Shown here in pieces: positions 1 through 7,470 of a DNA stretch of 36,643 nt (position 1 is the stretch's first letter; each line of letters begins with the position of its first letter). Location of the stretch: positions 1 through 36,643 of IMG/VR virus record IMGVR_UViG_3300011337_000672. One strand, 5' to 3'. The notes beneath the pieces were generated by a model. The model made no database searches and had not been told where the DNA came from. It was given only the letters and a program-made list of their open reading frames with translations. Both the position numbers and the translations under genes were made by a program. This stretch comes from a virus (lineage: Duplodnaviria; Caudoviricetes).

Positions 1-31
1 TTTAGCTCTCCTTTTACTATTCGTTCTCTTT
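1..31. repeat. Copy 1 of a >=31-bp direct repeat (copy 2 at 533-563) containing a minus-strand Shine-Dalgarno
   Basis: tttagctctccttttactattcgttctcttt vs tttagctctccttttaatattcgtactcttt, 29/31 identical; may extend beyond the window start. Confidence 0.85.
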
Positions 32-34
32 TAT

Positions 35-205
35 TTAACCTGAACCGTCACCGTCACCGTAACCGGAACCGTAACCGTCACCGTAACCGTCACCGTAACC
101 GGAACCGTCACCGTAACCGTAACCGTAACCGTCACCGTAACCGTCACCGGAACCGTAACCGGAACCGTCACCGTAACTTTCATTTATATTGTTTACATTT
201 TCCAT
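35..205 (-). CDS. 56-aa Gly-X repeat peptide (MENVNNINESYGDGSGYGSGDGYG...), not in the ORF track
   Basis: ATG at 205 overlaps the end of the upstream gene, TAA at 35-37; GGT codons alternate with TAC/GAC/TCC. Confidence 0.75.
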   Translation of the reverse strand: MENVNNINESYGDGSGYGSGDGYGDGYGYGYGDGSGYGDGYGDGYGSGYGDGDGSG

Positions 206-531
206 TCTTTTACGCTTTCAATAGATTTTTTAGCTTTTTCAGTAACGTCTAAAATTTCAATTGCTTGTAATAATTCAACCCTATCAACAGGCGCAGGAAA
301 CTTACATTCACTAGGTAAAGAGGTCCCATCTGTTGCTAATTGACTAAGAGATGCGGCTCCTTTCCAATACCATATTCTGCGAGCATTCCTTAAAACAACT
401 TCTTGTCCATTTCTTGATTCTAGATATCCTGCAAAAACGCCAGCAGAATAGGTTCTACATATTACATATTTTAAAGAATCTGCTTTTTGTTTCTTTACAT
501 ACTCTTCGCCATTAATCGTTATTGTTTCCAT
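193..531 (-). CDS. DUF6948-like small phage protein
   Basis: YVICRTYSAGVFAGYL...ARRIWYWKGAASLSQLA motif; start moved to the ATG at 531 behind SD AAAAGGAG. Confidence 0.7.
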   Translation of the reverse strand: METITINGEEYVKKQKADSLKYVICRTYSAGVFAGYLESRNGQEVVLRNARRIWYWKGAASLSQLATDGTSLPSECKFPAPVDRVELLQAIEILDVTEKAKKSIESVKEWKM

Positions 532-703
532 TTTTAGCTCTCCTTTTAATATTCGTACTCTTTGGCGCATTCACACCAATTAATACACGTTTTTTATTGT
601 TATGATGATTAGTCTCAAGGAAAGTGATTTTCGCTGGTCCGTCTACTTCGACGGTTTCGCCTTCTCTTACTGTAAGGACTAAGTTACCTTGTTTGGTTGT
701 CAT
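512..703 (-). CDS. csrA: CsrA/RsmA-like RNA-binding translational regulator
   Basis: LVLTVREGETVEV...VLIGVNAPKSTNIKR aligns by eye with CsrA MLILTRRVGETLMI...VRIGVNAPKEVSVHR; 63 aa. Confidence 0.75.
   Translation of the reverse strand: MTTKQGNLVLTVREGETVEVDGPAKITFLETNHHNNKKRVLIGVNAPKSTNIKRRAKNGNNND
533..563. repeat. Copy 2 of the 31-bp direct repeat (3' end of the csrA-like gene and RBS of the DUF6948-like gene)
   Basis: 29/31 identity with 1-31. Confidence 0.85.
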
Positions 704-909
704 TCTATTTTTCCATTATTATCTAAAGCATCATCAATAAACTCTAATAGTTTACTTGCATTATTATTTTCCATTAATATTGCTGGCTTAATATTTCCTA
801 AAATAGGGATTGGCGTTTTTAACCACTCAACAATTTTCTTATAATCATTGAAATAGCAGTGAAGACCAATAATTATTTCTACGTTTGTTTCGTTAAGTTC
901 GATTTTCAT
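700..909 (-). CDS. Xre/MbcA/ParS-type antitoxin C-terminal (DUF2384-like) domain protein
   Basis: EWLKTPIPILGNIKPAILM resembles the WLxxPxxxLGGxxPxxLL signature; start at the ATG just after the upstream stop. Confidence 0.55.
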   Translation of the reverse strand: MKIELNETNVEIIIGLHCYFNDYKKIVEWLKTPIPILGNIKPAILMENNNASKLLEFIDDALDNNGKIE

Positions 910-910
910 T

Positions 911-1180
911 TCAGTAGTATTCCTTTTTTTCAAAGTAAGATTCTAATCTATTTAATTCAGACAAGAATTTTTCCGTTTCTAATGCCATGAAATGTTCAAA
1001 AATAATTTCTGAAACTTCTTTTTTGTTTTTATCTGGTTTTAAATAATTAAGACCTCGCCACTTTATATCATCATCAAGTTTATATTTATTAATAAGAGCA
1101 TTAAATTCTTTATGAAAGTTATCTTCTGTTATTCTTGCTTTTTTAGTTATTTGTGTTTGTAAAACATTGTTTAGGTTCAT
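911..1180 (-). CDS. Hypothetical protein
   Basis: ATGA overlap with the upstream gene at 1177-1180; operon context. Confidence 0.65.
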   Translation of the reverse strand: MNLNNVLQTQITKKARITEDNFHKEFNALINKYKLDDDIKWRGLNYLKPDKNKKEVSEIIFEHFMALETEKFLSELNRLESYFEKKEYY

Positions 1181-1953
1181 TTCAAAACCTCTAATTTTCT
1201 GCATCTAACTTTTGTTAAATTATTTATGTAAATATTTATATCAGATTTAAAAACACGACATTTTAAAATCTTTCCATTATGATAAGATAACGCATCTCCA
1301 ATGGTTGGACTTAAGTGAAGACCATTTCCACATTCTATTGAATCATCATCAATCCAATCAGGGCACTCTACTATTCCTTCATATTTAATTTTATTTGTTT
1401 GAAAGTCACATAAGGTATCTCTTCTTACTGATTTATATAATATTATTGAGTCATCACAAAACTTTTGGCATCGATCAAAGAACCTTTCTTTATCATAAAT
1501 AATTTCACTTGGAGTTTCTACAACTGTCGCTGTCGTATGTTTTAATTCAACTATTGGTTTAAATCCTCGAAAAGAAGCAATGGAATAATCTAATAATTTT
1601 TTAATAGTTACAGACGATAATAATACTGCGATCATTGAAAAATCATTTGCCTCAACGCTGGAGTTTCCACAAGCCAAAACGCTGGAGTTTCCACAAGCCA
1701 AAACGCTGGAGTTTCCACAAGCCACAACGCTGGAGTTTTCCCAAGCCTCAACGCTGGAGTTTCCCCTAGCCACAACGCTGGAGTTTCCCCTAGCCACAAC
1801 GCTGGAGTTTCCACAAGCCTCAACGCTGGAGTTTTCCCTATTTAATCTAATAAATATTAATTCAGTCGATCTAATTTCAATTCGCGTATATTCGTCAAAC
1901 GAATGTGGTAGAGCATCTAGTTGTGCTTGCGTATTAATTATAATTATATTCAT
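1177..1953 (-). CDS. Octapeptide-repeat (NSSVxAxG) protein with a C-terminal ECGNGLH domain (DUF7666-like)
   Basis: Eight 8-aa repeats suggest a beta-solenoid; C-terminal LYKSV...ECGNGLHLSP...KVRCRKLEV is typical of phage early repeat proteins. Confidence 0.7.
   Translation of the reverse strand: MNIIIINTQAQLDALPHSFDEYTRIEIRSTELIFIRLNRENSSVEACGNSSVVARGNSSVVARGNSSVEAWENSSVVACGNSSVLACGNSSVLACGNSSVEANDFSMIAVLLSSVTIKKLLDYSIASFRGFKPIVELKHTTATVVETPSEIIYDKERFFDRCQKFCDDSIILYKSVRRDTLCDFQTNKIKYEGIVECPDWIDDDSIECGNGLHLSPTIGDALSYHNGKILKCRVFKSDINIYINNLTKVRCRKLEVLK
1649..1840. repeat. Tandem 24-bp coding repeat, 8 copies
   Basis: Invariant core aacgctggagttt at 1654, 1678, 1702, 1726, 1750, 1774, 1798, 1822. 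Confidence 0.95.
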
Positions 1954-2237
1954 TTCAATAACCTCACTGACTTACTCTCTTTATATTTAACCTCATGACC
2001 TTTGATGATTGAAGCAATGGAAAAGGACATTCCATTTTCTTCATACTGCAAATAAATATTATCTATTTCTTTTTGAAGTTCATTCTCGTTGCTTGCTGAG
2101 ATAATACAATCAAACTGAGAGTCACTAGCTACAATGGTAGCAAATAGCTTTGCTCTTTCGCGTTTTGGTTTGTAATCAGCATCAACTGTTGTGAAATCTT
2201 CTGATTCTTTTACTGTCATTTCTTTTTCCATTTTCAT
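1950..2237 (-). CDS. Hypothetical protein
   Basis: SD AAGGAG upstream; ATGA overlap with the next gene. Confidence 0.7.
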   Translation of the reverse strand: MKMEKEMTVKESEDFTTVDADYKPKRERAKLFATIVASDSQFDCIISASNENELQKEIDNIYLQYEENGMSFSIASIIKGHEVKYKESKSVRLLK

Positions 2238-2263
2238 TCTCCTTGTTAATTATTTTTACAATA

Positions 2264-3142
2264 TCATTTCAAACTCTCTAAGTATTTATTAGCAAGATCT
2301 AGAAACTCATCAAATAAAGTAACGCTTGAGCCTTTTGATAGTTGCCATGACTTTATGGCTTTAATTAAAGTCTCTGTGTCTTTTTGTCCTAATTGTTCAA
2401 AGCTCATTCCTGATTTAAAAGATCCGAAATTAAATTTAAGACGATATGTTTTCCAGTCTCCAAAATCTTTATGTTCAATTGCATGATTTACGATTGGTTT
2501 TTCAATAGGTTGCTCCTGCACAGGTTTAATATTTGTGCCTGGGACAGCATCTCTGCTTATCTGTTTTTCCTGTGCAGGAGTAATAGTTTTAATTTCATTT
2601 TCAGCTTGTTCCATTTCCTCTGACGAATAAATACCACTAAGATCTTGAGGGAATGCTTTTCTCAAAGCCAAACATTCAGCAACTTTTGCAATCATTAACT
2701 CTGGCATTTTGACCCAAAAAGAAGTTAAATCTCCGTTCTTTTTTCTCGCTGCATAACTATTAAACTTTGCAACGGCCCATAGAGGTTCTTTGAAATCCGA
2801 TCTTAGGACAGCAACTTTTGCAGCAATAGGAGGTTTTGAATCAATCCATACGTCTTTCCAATTACCATCTTCACCACACCAGAAAGGTCCGAGTTGCCCA
2901 GCATATTTTTCTGATCTATTAGCTATAACTCGAAACCCATCTACCCCTGTTTGAAAAGACATTATTTCACGGCCTAGATTAGAGTCCCATCTTTTTACAG
3001 CCCAACATTGTTTGGAAAAAGGGTCTAATCCTGTTCTATTTGCTGTATGAATAAACAATTGGAGTTCTGAGTCTGTAGCTCCTTTGCATATCTGATCTTT
3101 TAATAATTGTATTTTATCATTTGCAATAACTAGATCACTCAT
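2264..3142 (-). CDS. bet: Phage recombination protein Bet (RecT/Red-beta-type single-strand annealing protein)
   Basis: KGATDSELQLF...GLDPFSKQ...GVDGFRVIA...MPELMIAKVAECLALRKAFPQDLSGIYSSEEM. Confidence 0.92.
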   Translation of the reverse strand: MSDLVIANDKIQLLKDQICKGATDSELQLFIHTANRTGLDPFSKQCWAVKRWDSNLGREIMSFQTGVDGFRVIANRSEKYAGQLGPFWCGEDGNWKDVWIDSKPPIAAKVAVLRSDFKEPLWAVAKFNSYAARKKNGDLTSFWVKMPELMIAKVAECLALRKAFPQDLSGIYSSEEMEQAENEIKTITPAQEKQISRDAVPGTNIKPVQEQPIEKPIVNHAIEHKDFGDWKTYRLKFNFGSFKSGMSFEQLGQKDTETLIKAIKSWQLSKGSSVTLFDEFLDLANKYLESLK

Positions 3143-3690
3143 TTTTTAACCCCTATCTTTGGCTTAGCCACACCAATTTTTATTGAATTTCCTTGAATAA
3201 GACGACAACCAGGTATTTCTTTGCCTTCTTTTAATTCATTACTAATTTGCATTTTATTGATAGTTTCAGTGACACTGATTTTTCGATAATCCTCTGGTAC
3301 TAAAGCCTCATTCCAGACATCAACCTTTGGTGGATTTTTACGCAATGTAATTGATTTTAAGTCTCCCGATAGGCTTGTAATGTTATTTTCAGATAGGGCC
3401 AGCTCTAGATTAGAGTTAAGTTTTTTCTCTACCTTGCTTAAACCGTCTAGGATGCCGCCTAGAGCGTTTATTTGTTGGTTGTAGTATTCGCGAAGGGCAT
3501 CGATTCTCTCAAGCGCCATCGCTGTAATATCTACGCTTAATTCTAATTCTTTGAGGTTATAGTTACTATAGCTGATTATTTCTTCTATTTCTTTGGTGAT
3601 CTCACCGCCTGAGTCGATAAGACGTTTTTCAATCTCATCGGCGAAAAACATAGAATCAGATATTATAGCTTTTAAATTGGATGTATCCAT
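3139..3690 (-). CDS. Siphovirus Gp157 family protein
   Basis: Coiled-coil N-terminus, then LRKNPPKVDVWNEALVPEDY...LKEGKEIPGCRL; adjacent to bet. Confidence 0.85.
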   Translation of the reverse strand: MDTSNLKAIISDSMFFADEIEKRLIDSGGEITKEIEEIISYSNYNLKELELSVDITAMALERIDALREYYNQQINALGGILDGLSKVEKKLNSNLELALSENNITSLSGDLKSITLRKNPPKVDVWNEALVPEDYRKISVTETINKMQISNELKEGKEIPGCRLIQGNSIKIGVAKPKIGVKK

Positions 3691-3731
3691 AGACCGAATT
3701 CCTTTCGTTATAGTTTTATGATTCTTATACT

Positions 3732-3746
3732 ATTTTACAAAATAAT
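3732..3746. promoter_or_regulatory. Candidate operator ATTTTACAAAATAAT (exact second copy at 5907-5921)
   Basis: Near-palindromic core ATTTT-AC-AAAAT; both exact copies intergenic; partial copies near 3915 and 6250 (reverse). Confidence 0.4.
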
Positions 3747-3808
3747 GTAAAGAGAAATTACAACTATTTAAAATTCTTTGTTAGCGCCACTATCGCGAAT
3801 TATTTAAA

Positions 3809-3830
3809 TGTCCCCAACTTGTCCCCAACT
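3809..3830. repeat. Tandem 11-bp direct repeat TGTCCCCAACT x2
   Basis: Exact tandem copies in AT-rich divergent intergenic DNA. Confidence 0.8.
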
Positions 3831-4089
3831 AAAAAATAATAAGCTTTAATAATAAACAACTAAAAGAATTAGTTCATTGTCTAAACTATAAATTTTTATT
3901 CTTGGTAGGAAATTATTTTACAAATTTTAGATTATAGTAGAAGTTGTGATTAGAAAAAACAAAAGGGGCTTATAACCCCTTAAGTTGATACAAGCTGATT
4001 ATGGACGAATCAGATTGCACCTCGGATAACTCCGATAAGTTCAATTAACAACTCCTAGTCATAATTAGCAAGTATTTTTTTAACCTAAA

Positions 4090-4412
4090 GCAATTTATTG
4101 CAAAGGTTACATGGTAGCCAAAAACCTATTTATTCAAGGACCGCATTTGAGCGGCTAATTAAGAGTCCGATGCGAAAGCATGGCAATGGACCGCCCAGAA
4201 GAAACATCTGTGTGCTGTGGCAAGATAGGGGGGACAGTGGTGTTCGAGGTGGGACCTCGGCCCATGATGTGCTTTGGGAAAAGCTAGGTCCACCATGTTT
4301 CTAAAAGAGAAACCGTAAACCCCAATACTCAGCTTATCCTAACGATGGCTTTGAAAAGTAACTCATTCTCTTTCCTATCCCTTTTTTACTTATTAAAGGG
4401 GGTAGGGGGGAT
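4090..4412 (+). ncRNA. Candidate structured non-coding RNA or structured origin element
   Basis: About 52% GC over 4141-4320 by my count in an AT-rich genome; many hairpins, two with GNRA loops; long-range pairing 4179-4192 with 4287-4297. Confidence 0.45.
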
Positions 4413-4470
4413 TTTGCTCAATATCTAGCTAAGCCTTCAATGGTTTTGAAAAGTTTAAAGAAAGGTTTGT

Positions 4471-4677
4471 ATGGGAGAAATGAAAAGTTATCATAAAAAG
4501 AGACAACATAAATTAGCATCATGCTATAAAATTAATAAAAATTCTTCTGAATGTTTAGTGAGTCTAGAGACTAAGAAAAAGCATTGGAATCAAAACTATA
4601 GAATTAGACGATCACGAAAACCAATTGTTAAACCTGATCTAGATGCGATTATGGAAGAGGCTTTGAAAAGAGTTTAA
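4471..4677 (+). CDS. Hypothetical basic protein
   Basis: ORF with AAAGG upstream; no recognised motif. Confidence 0.5.
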   Translation: MGEMKSYHKKRQHKLASCYKINKNSSECLVSLETKKKHWNQNYRIRRSRKPIVKPDLDAIMEEALKRV

Positions 4678-4725
4678 AATTAAATTGGCTCTCAAATTAA
4701 ACAACCCCACCGGAGGTATCATTAA

Positions 4726-5001
4726 ATGAATATATTACAAAATTATATAGAAATAATTGAAGTTTGTAAGGATTTAAATCTTACAATTAATGATGCTAAA
4801 TTAATATATTTAATAGGAACATCTAATAATTTTTTAGAGATAAAGCAGAATGAAATTGCCAATACATTACGGATTTCAATTCCAACAATTAGAAGATCAA
4901 TAAATAAACTTGTTAAAAGAAGAATCATTATTAGAAAGTATGGTTTATTTAAAATATGTAGTTTATCTATAGATAAAAAATTCATTGAGATGATGTATTA
5001 G
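4726..5001 (+). CDS. Winged helix-turn-helix DNA-binding protein
   Basis: SD GGAGGT; IKQNEIANTLRISIPTIRRSINKLVKRRII HTH pattern. Confidence 0.75.
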   Translation: MNILQNYIEIIEVCKDLNLTINDAKLIYLIGTSNNFLEIKQNEIANTLRISIPTIRRSINKLVKRRIIIRKYGLFKICSLSIDKKFIEMMY

Positions 5002-5026
5002 ATTGATACAGAGATTTAAATAGTGT

Positions 5027-5055
5027 TTGACTAATGTTCGACACAGTGATATATT
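5027..5055 (+). promoter_or_regulatory. Putative sigma70 promoter
   Basis: TTGACT-17 nt-TATATT with an extended -10 TG, upstream of 5098. Confidence 0.55.
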
Positions 5056-5097
5056 ATAAATATAAGCAATTAAGCTTAAACGGAAGGAATACCGGAT

Positions 5098-5343
5098 ATG
5101 AGAAATAAACACATCTTTTGTTGTAATTGTGGATACGAAGGAAAACCTAAAAAAGAGACACCAGGGTCTTTGATAATTGAAACTTTACTTTGGTTTATGA
5201 TGTTAGTTCCAGGACTGATTTACTCGATATGGAGAATGTCCTCAAAGTTTCATAAATGCCCTCATTGTAATAGTAAGAATATTTTACCTTCTGATTCTCC
5301 TATGGCAAAACAAGTAAAGAAATCAATGTTGATAGCTAATTAA
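5098..5343 (+). CDS. Small membrane protein with a split Zn-ribbon (LITAF-like topology)
   Basis: CCNC and CPHC flank hydrophobic segment LIIETLLWFMMLVPGLIYSIW. Confidence 0.7.
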   Translation: MRNKHIFCCNCGYEGKPKKETPGSLIIETLLWFMMLVPGLIYSIWRMSSKFHKCPHCNSKNILPSDSPMAKQVKKSMLIAN

Positions 5344-5360
5344 TAGAGAGGAATTCTAAC

Positions 5361-5555
5361 ATGACAGAGAAAAAATATTCAAAACTTATAGATCTTTATA
5401 GGCAAAATAGAAATATCGATTACGCAATATTATCCGTCACAACGAGTGATTTTACTATAAATAACATGAGAAAAGAAGATTGCTTAAAATACTTATATAA
5501 TATGCAAATCATTCTTAATGAAGAAATAAAACGACTTGAGAAGGAGGATTTTTAA
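5361..5555 (+). CDS. Hypothetical protein
   Basis: SD GAGG; operon context. Confidence 0.6.
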   Translation: MTEKKYSKLIDLYRQNRNIDYAILSVTTSDFTINNMRKEDCLKYLYNMQIILNEEIKRLEKEDF

Positions 5556-5556
5556 A

Positions 5557-5745
5557 ATGCAAGAGACAACAGTATTTAATAAGAACTGGGAAAGAATTGC
5601 TAGAATAAATAATATAGAAAAAGCTCTATCAGTTTTAGTAAAAGAATGTAAAGCCGATGATAAATCAGAATTAGACAATGCCTATCATCTAGTATTTCAA
5701 GATCTAATGGCAAAACTATTAGATCTTAGAAATGAGGATCTATGA
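5557..5745 (+). CDS. Hypothetical protein (MQETTVF...)
   Basis: AAGGAGG upstream of the ATG near 5557; ATGA overlap with the next gene. Confidence 0.6.
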   Translation: MQETTVFNKNWERIARINNIEKALSVLVKECKADDKSELDNAYHLVFQDLMAKLLDLRNEDL

Positions 5746-5894
5746 TCATGAAACAAACAGAACGTATTGCTTTAAGAATTACCATTGAAGAGAGACTTGA
5801 GCTTGAAAAGAAAGCTAGGAATCTAGGTTTAACTTTGAGCGAGTATATTAGATCAATAGTATTCGGAAAGAAGATTAGGATTAAAGCTGTTTAA
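5742..5894 (+). CDS. 50-aa ribbon-helix-helix DNA-binding protein, not in the ORF track
   Basis: MIMKQTERIALRITIEERLELEKKARNLGLTLSEYIRSIVFGKKIRIKAV: alternating beta strand, then helix-G-x-T/S-x-S-E-Y-I-R. Confidence 0.75.
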   Translation: MIMKQTERIALRITIEERLELEKKARNLGLTLSEYIRSIVFGKKIRIKAV

Positions 5895-5965
5895 ATTTAC
5901 AACTCCATTTTACAAAATAATCAATTCTACTAGTATTTAAGCAATTAAACAATGCGCGTCAATAC

Positions 5966-6223
5966 TTACTCAGGCTTATTATTATGTTTTTCAATCAATT
6001 CATCAAGACTATCCATGAGCTCTCTGAGAGCTATTCTAGCAAAGTCTTGTATTTTAAGTCTTGAATCTACTTGTTTAAGTTTCTTCTTTACTAGAAGCCA
6101 TCTCTGTAGTTCTAGATAGGTAAAACAGATATGAATAGGATGCTTAATTACTTCTCTTTCGATGAAAGCAGTATCAAGAGATTCGATCGATTTAATTGAT
6201 TTAAGTGTCTTTAAATTTGTCAT
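5966..6223 (-). CDS. Hypothetical protein, possibly a regulator
   Basis: Lone leftward ORF filling the gap before the late region. Confidence 0.5.
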   Translation of the reverse strand: MTNLKTLKSIKSIESLDTAFIEREVIKHPIHICFTYLELQRWLLVKKKLKQVDSRLKIQDFARIALRELMDSLDELIEKHNNKPE

Positions 6224-6298
6224 ATAAATTATAAAAACAAATTAACTTGATTTTGTAAACAATAATTGAAAATATCTGTTTATTAAAAGAGGTATCAA

Positions 6299-7039
6299 AT
6301 GAAAATAGGAATCATAGGCGTGGGAGTCGTTGGTGGTGCTCTTGTTAAATGGATCATATCAAATACTAAACATTCCATTGCTCGTTGGGATCCATTTATA
6401 GGATTCAATGAAAGTCTTGTTGGTTGTGATGCTATTTTTATATGCATTCCTGTTAAGCCATCAGAAAATGGACAAGACATTTCAGAACTAGAATCTACCG
6501 TTAAATTCGCAAAAGATTTTACATCTAATGTATTCATTAGATCAACAGTCCTTCCAGGAACAAACGATAAACTAGGAACTATTTCTTGTCCTGAATTTTT
6601 AACTGCTCGAATAGCTGATCAAGAAATGCAAAGACTTCCAATACTCGTTGGTGAATGTAATTCTGATTTAATCTTTAATATATTTCCAAATAAAGGAATT
6701 ACAATAGTTAATAACAAAGCAGCCGAGCTTGCTAAATTCGCTCATAACTGCTTTGGTGCTATGAAGGTCACTTATTTCAATATGATTTACAATTTAGCCC
6801 AAGATTTAGATGTTGATTATGAACAAGTGTTAAATGGCGTTTTAATTTCAGGATTTATAAACGAATTTCACACACAAGTTCCAGGACCAGACGGAAGTCT
6901 AGGTTACGGAGGAGCTTGTTTCCCTGAGAATATGGAAGCCTTTAATAATTATTTAGAAAAAAAAGAATATTATTTAAATTCTAACTTTATAGGGTTAGTA
7001 GAAGAATTAAACGAAAGACATAGAGAATTAAATAAATGA
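6299..7039 (+). CDS. UDP-glucose/GDP-mannose dehydrogenase family protein, short form
   Basis: GVGVVG Rossmann motif, RSTVLPG, CPEFL, AELAKFAHN, catalytic GYGGACFP. Confidence 0.88.
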   Translation: MKIGIIGVGVVGGALVKWIISNTKHSIARWDPFIGFNESLVGCDAIFICIPVKPSENGQDISELESTVKFAKDFTSNVFIRSTVLPGTNDKLGTISCPEFLTARIADQEMQRLPILVGECNSDLIFNIFPNKGITIVNNKAAELAKFAHNCFGAMKVTYFNMIYNLAQDLDVDYEQVLNGVLISGFINEFHTQVPGPDGSLGYGGACFPENMEAFNNYLEKKEYYLNSNFIGLVEELNERHRELNK

Positions 7040-7470
7040 GCAATAGGATAAAAGACAAAGATGGAAAATATAAAAGAATTAGAAAAGAATGGAGTATTGA
7101 AAATTTTAACGATGGATATGTAGATAATAAAGGAAGATTTAGAGTTTATAAACCATCTCATAAAAGAGCTTATAAAGGTGGGTATATATTAAGATCAATA
7201 GTTGCATATGAAGCATATAATAATATTGAAGTAGAAAAATTTATGGATATTCATCATAAAGATCATAATAAATTAAATGATTCAAAAGACAACCTTGAAT
7301 TAATTGAGCATAGTAAGCATACAATATTACATAAAACAAAACCTGAATTATTAATTAAAAAAATATGCAAAGGATGTAATATTACTTTTAAAATATTACC
7401 ATATAGAGAAAGAGCAGGAAGAGGAATTTATTGTTCATCTACATGTTATGAACAAAGAGGAATAAAATGA
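7036..7470 (+). CDS. HNH homing endonuclease with C-terminal Zn finger
   Basis: DIHHKDHNKLNDSKDNLEL...HTILH; CKGCNITF...YCSSTC. Confidence 0.85.
   Translation: MSNRIKDKDGKYKRIRKEWSIENFNDGYVDNKGRFRVYKPSHKRAYKGGYILRSIVAYEAYNNIEVEKFMDIHHKDHNKLNDSKDNLELIEHSKHTILHKTKPELLIKKICKGCNITFKILPYRERAGRGIYCSSTCYEQRGIK

Noticed and set aside
1632-1823. Alternative-frame ORF with ETPALWL repeats
   Set aside because: By-product of the stop-free 24-bp repeat; no RBS
1649-1840. CRISPR-like look of a constant 13-bp core with variable 11-bp intervals
   Set aside because: Period is exactly 24 bp, the intervals are near-identical, the array is in frame within a protein, and no cas genes are visible
4098-4304. 68-aa ORF in the GC-rich island
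   Set aside because: TTG start without SD, atypical composition; hairpin structure explains the region better
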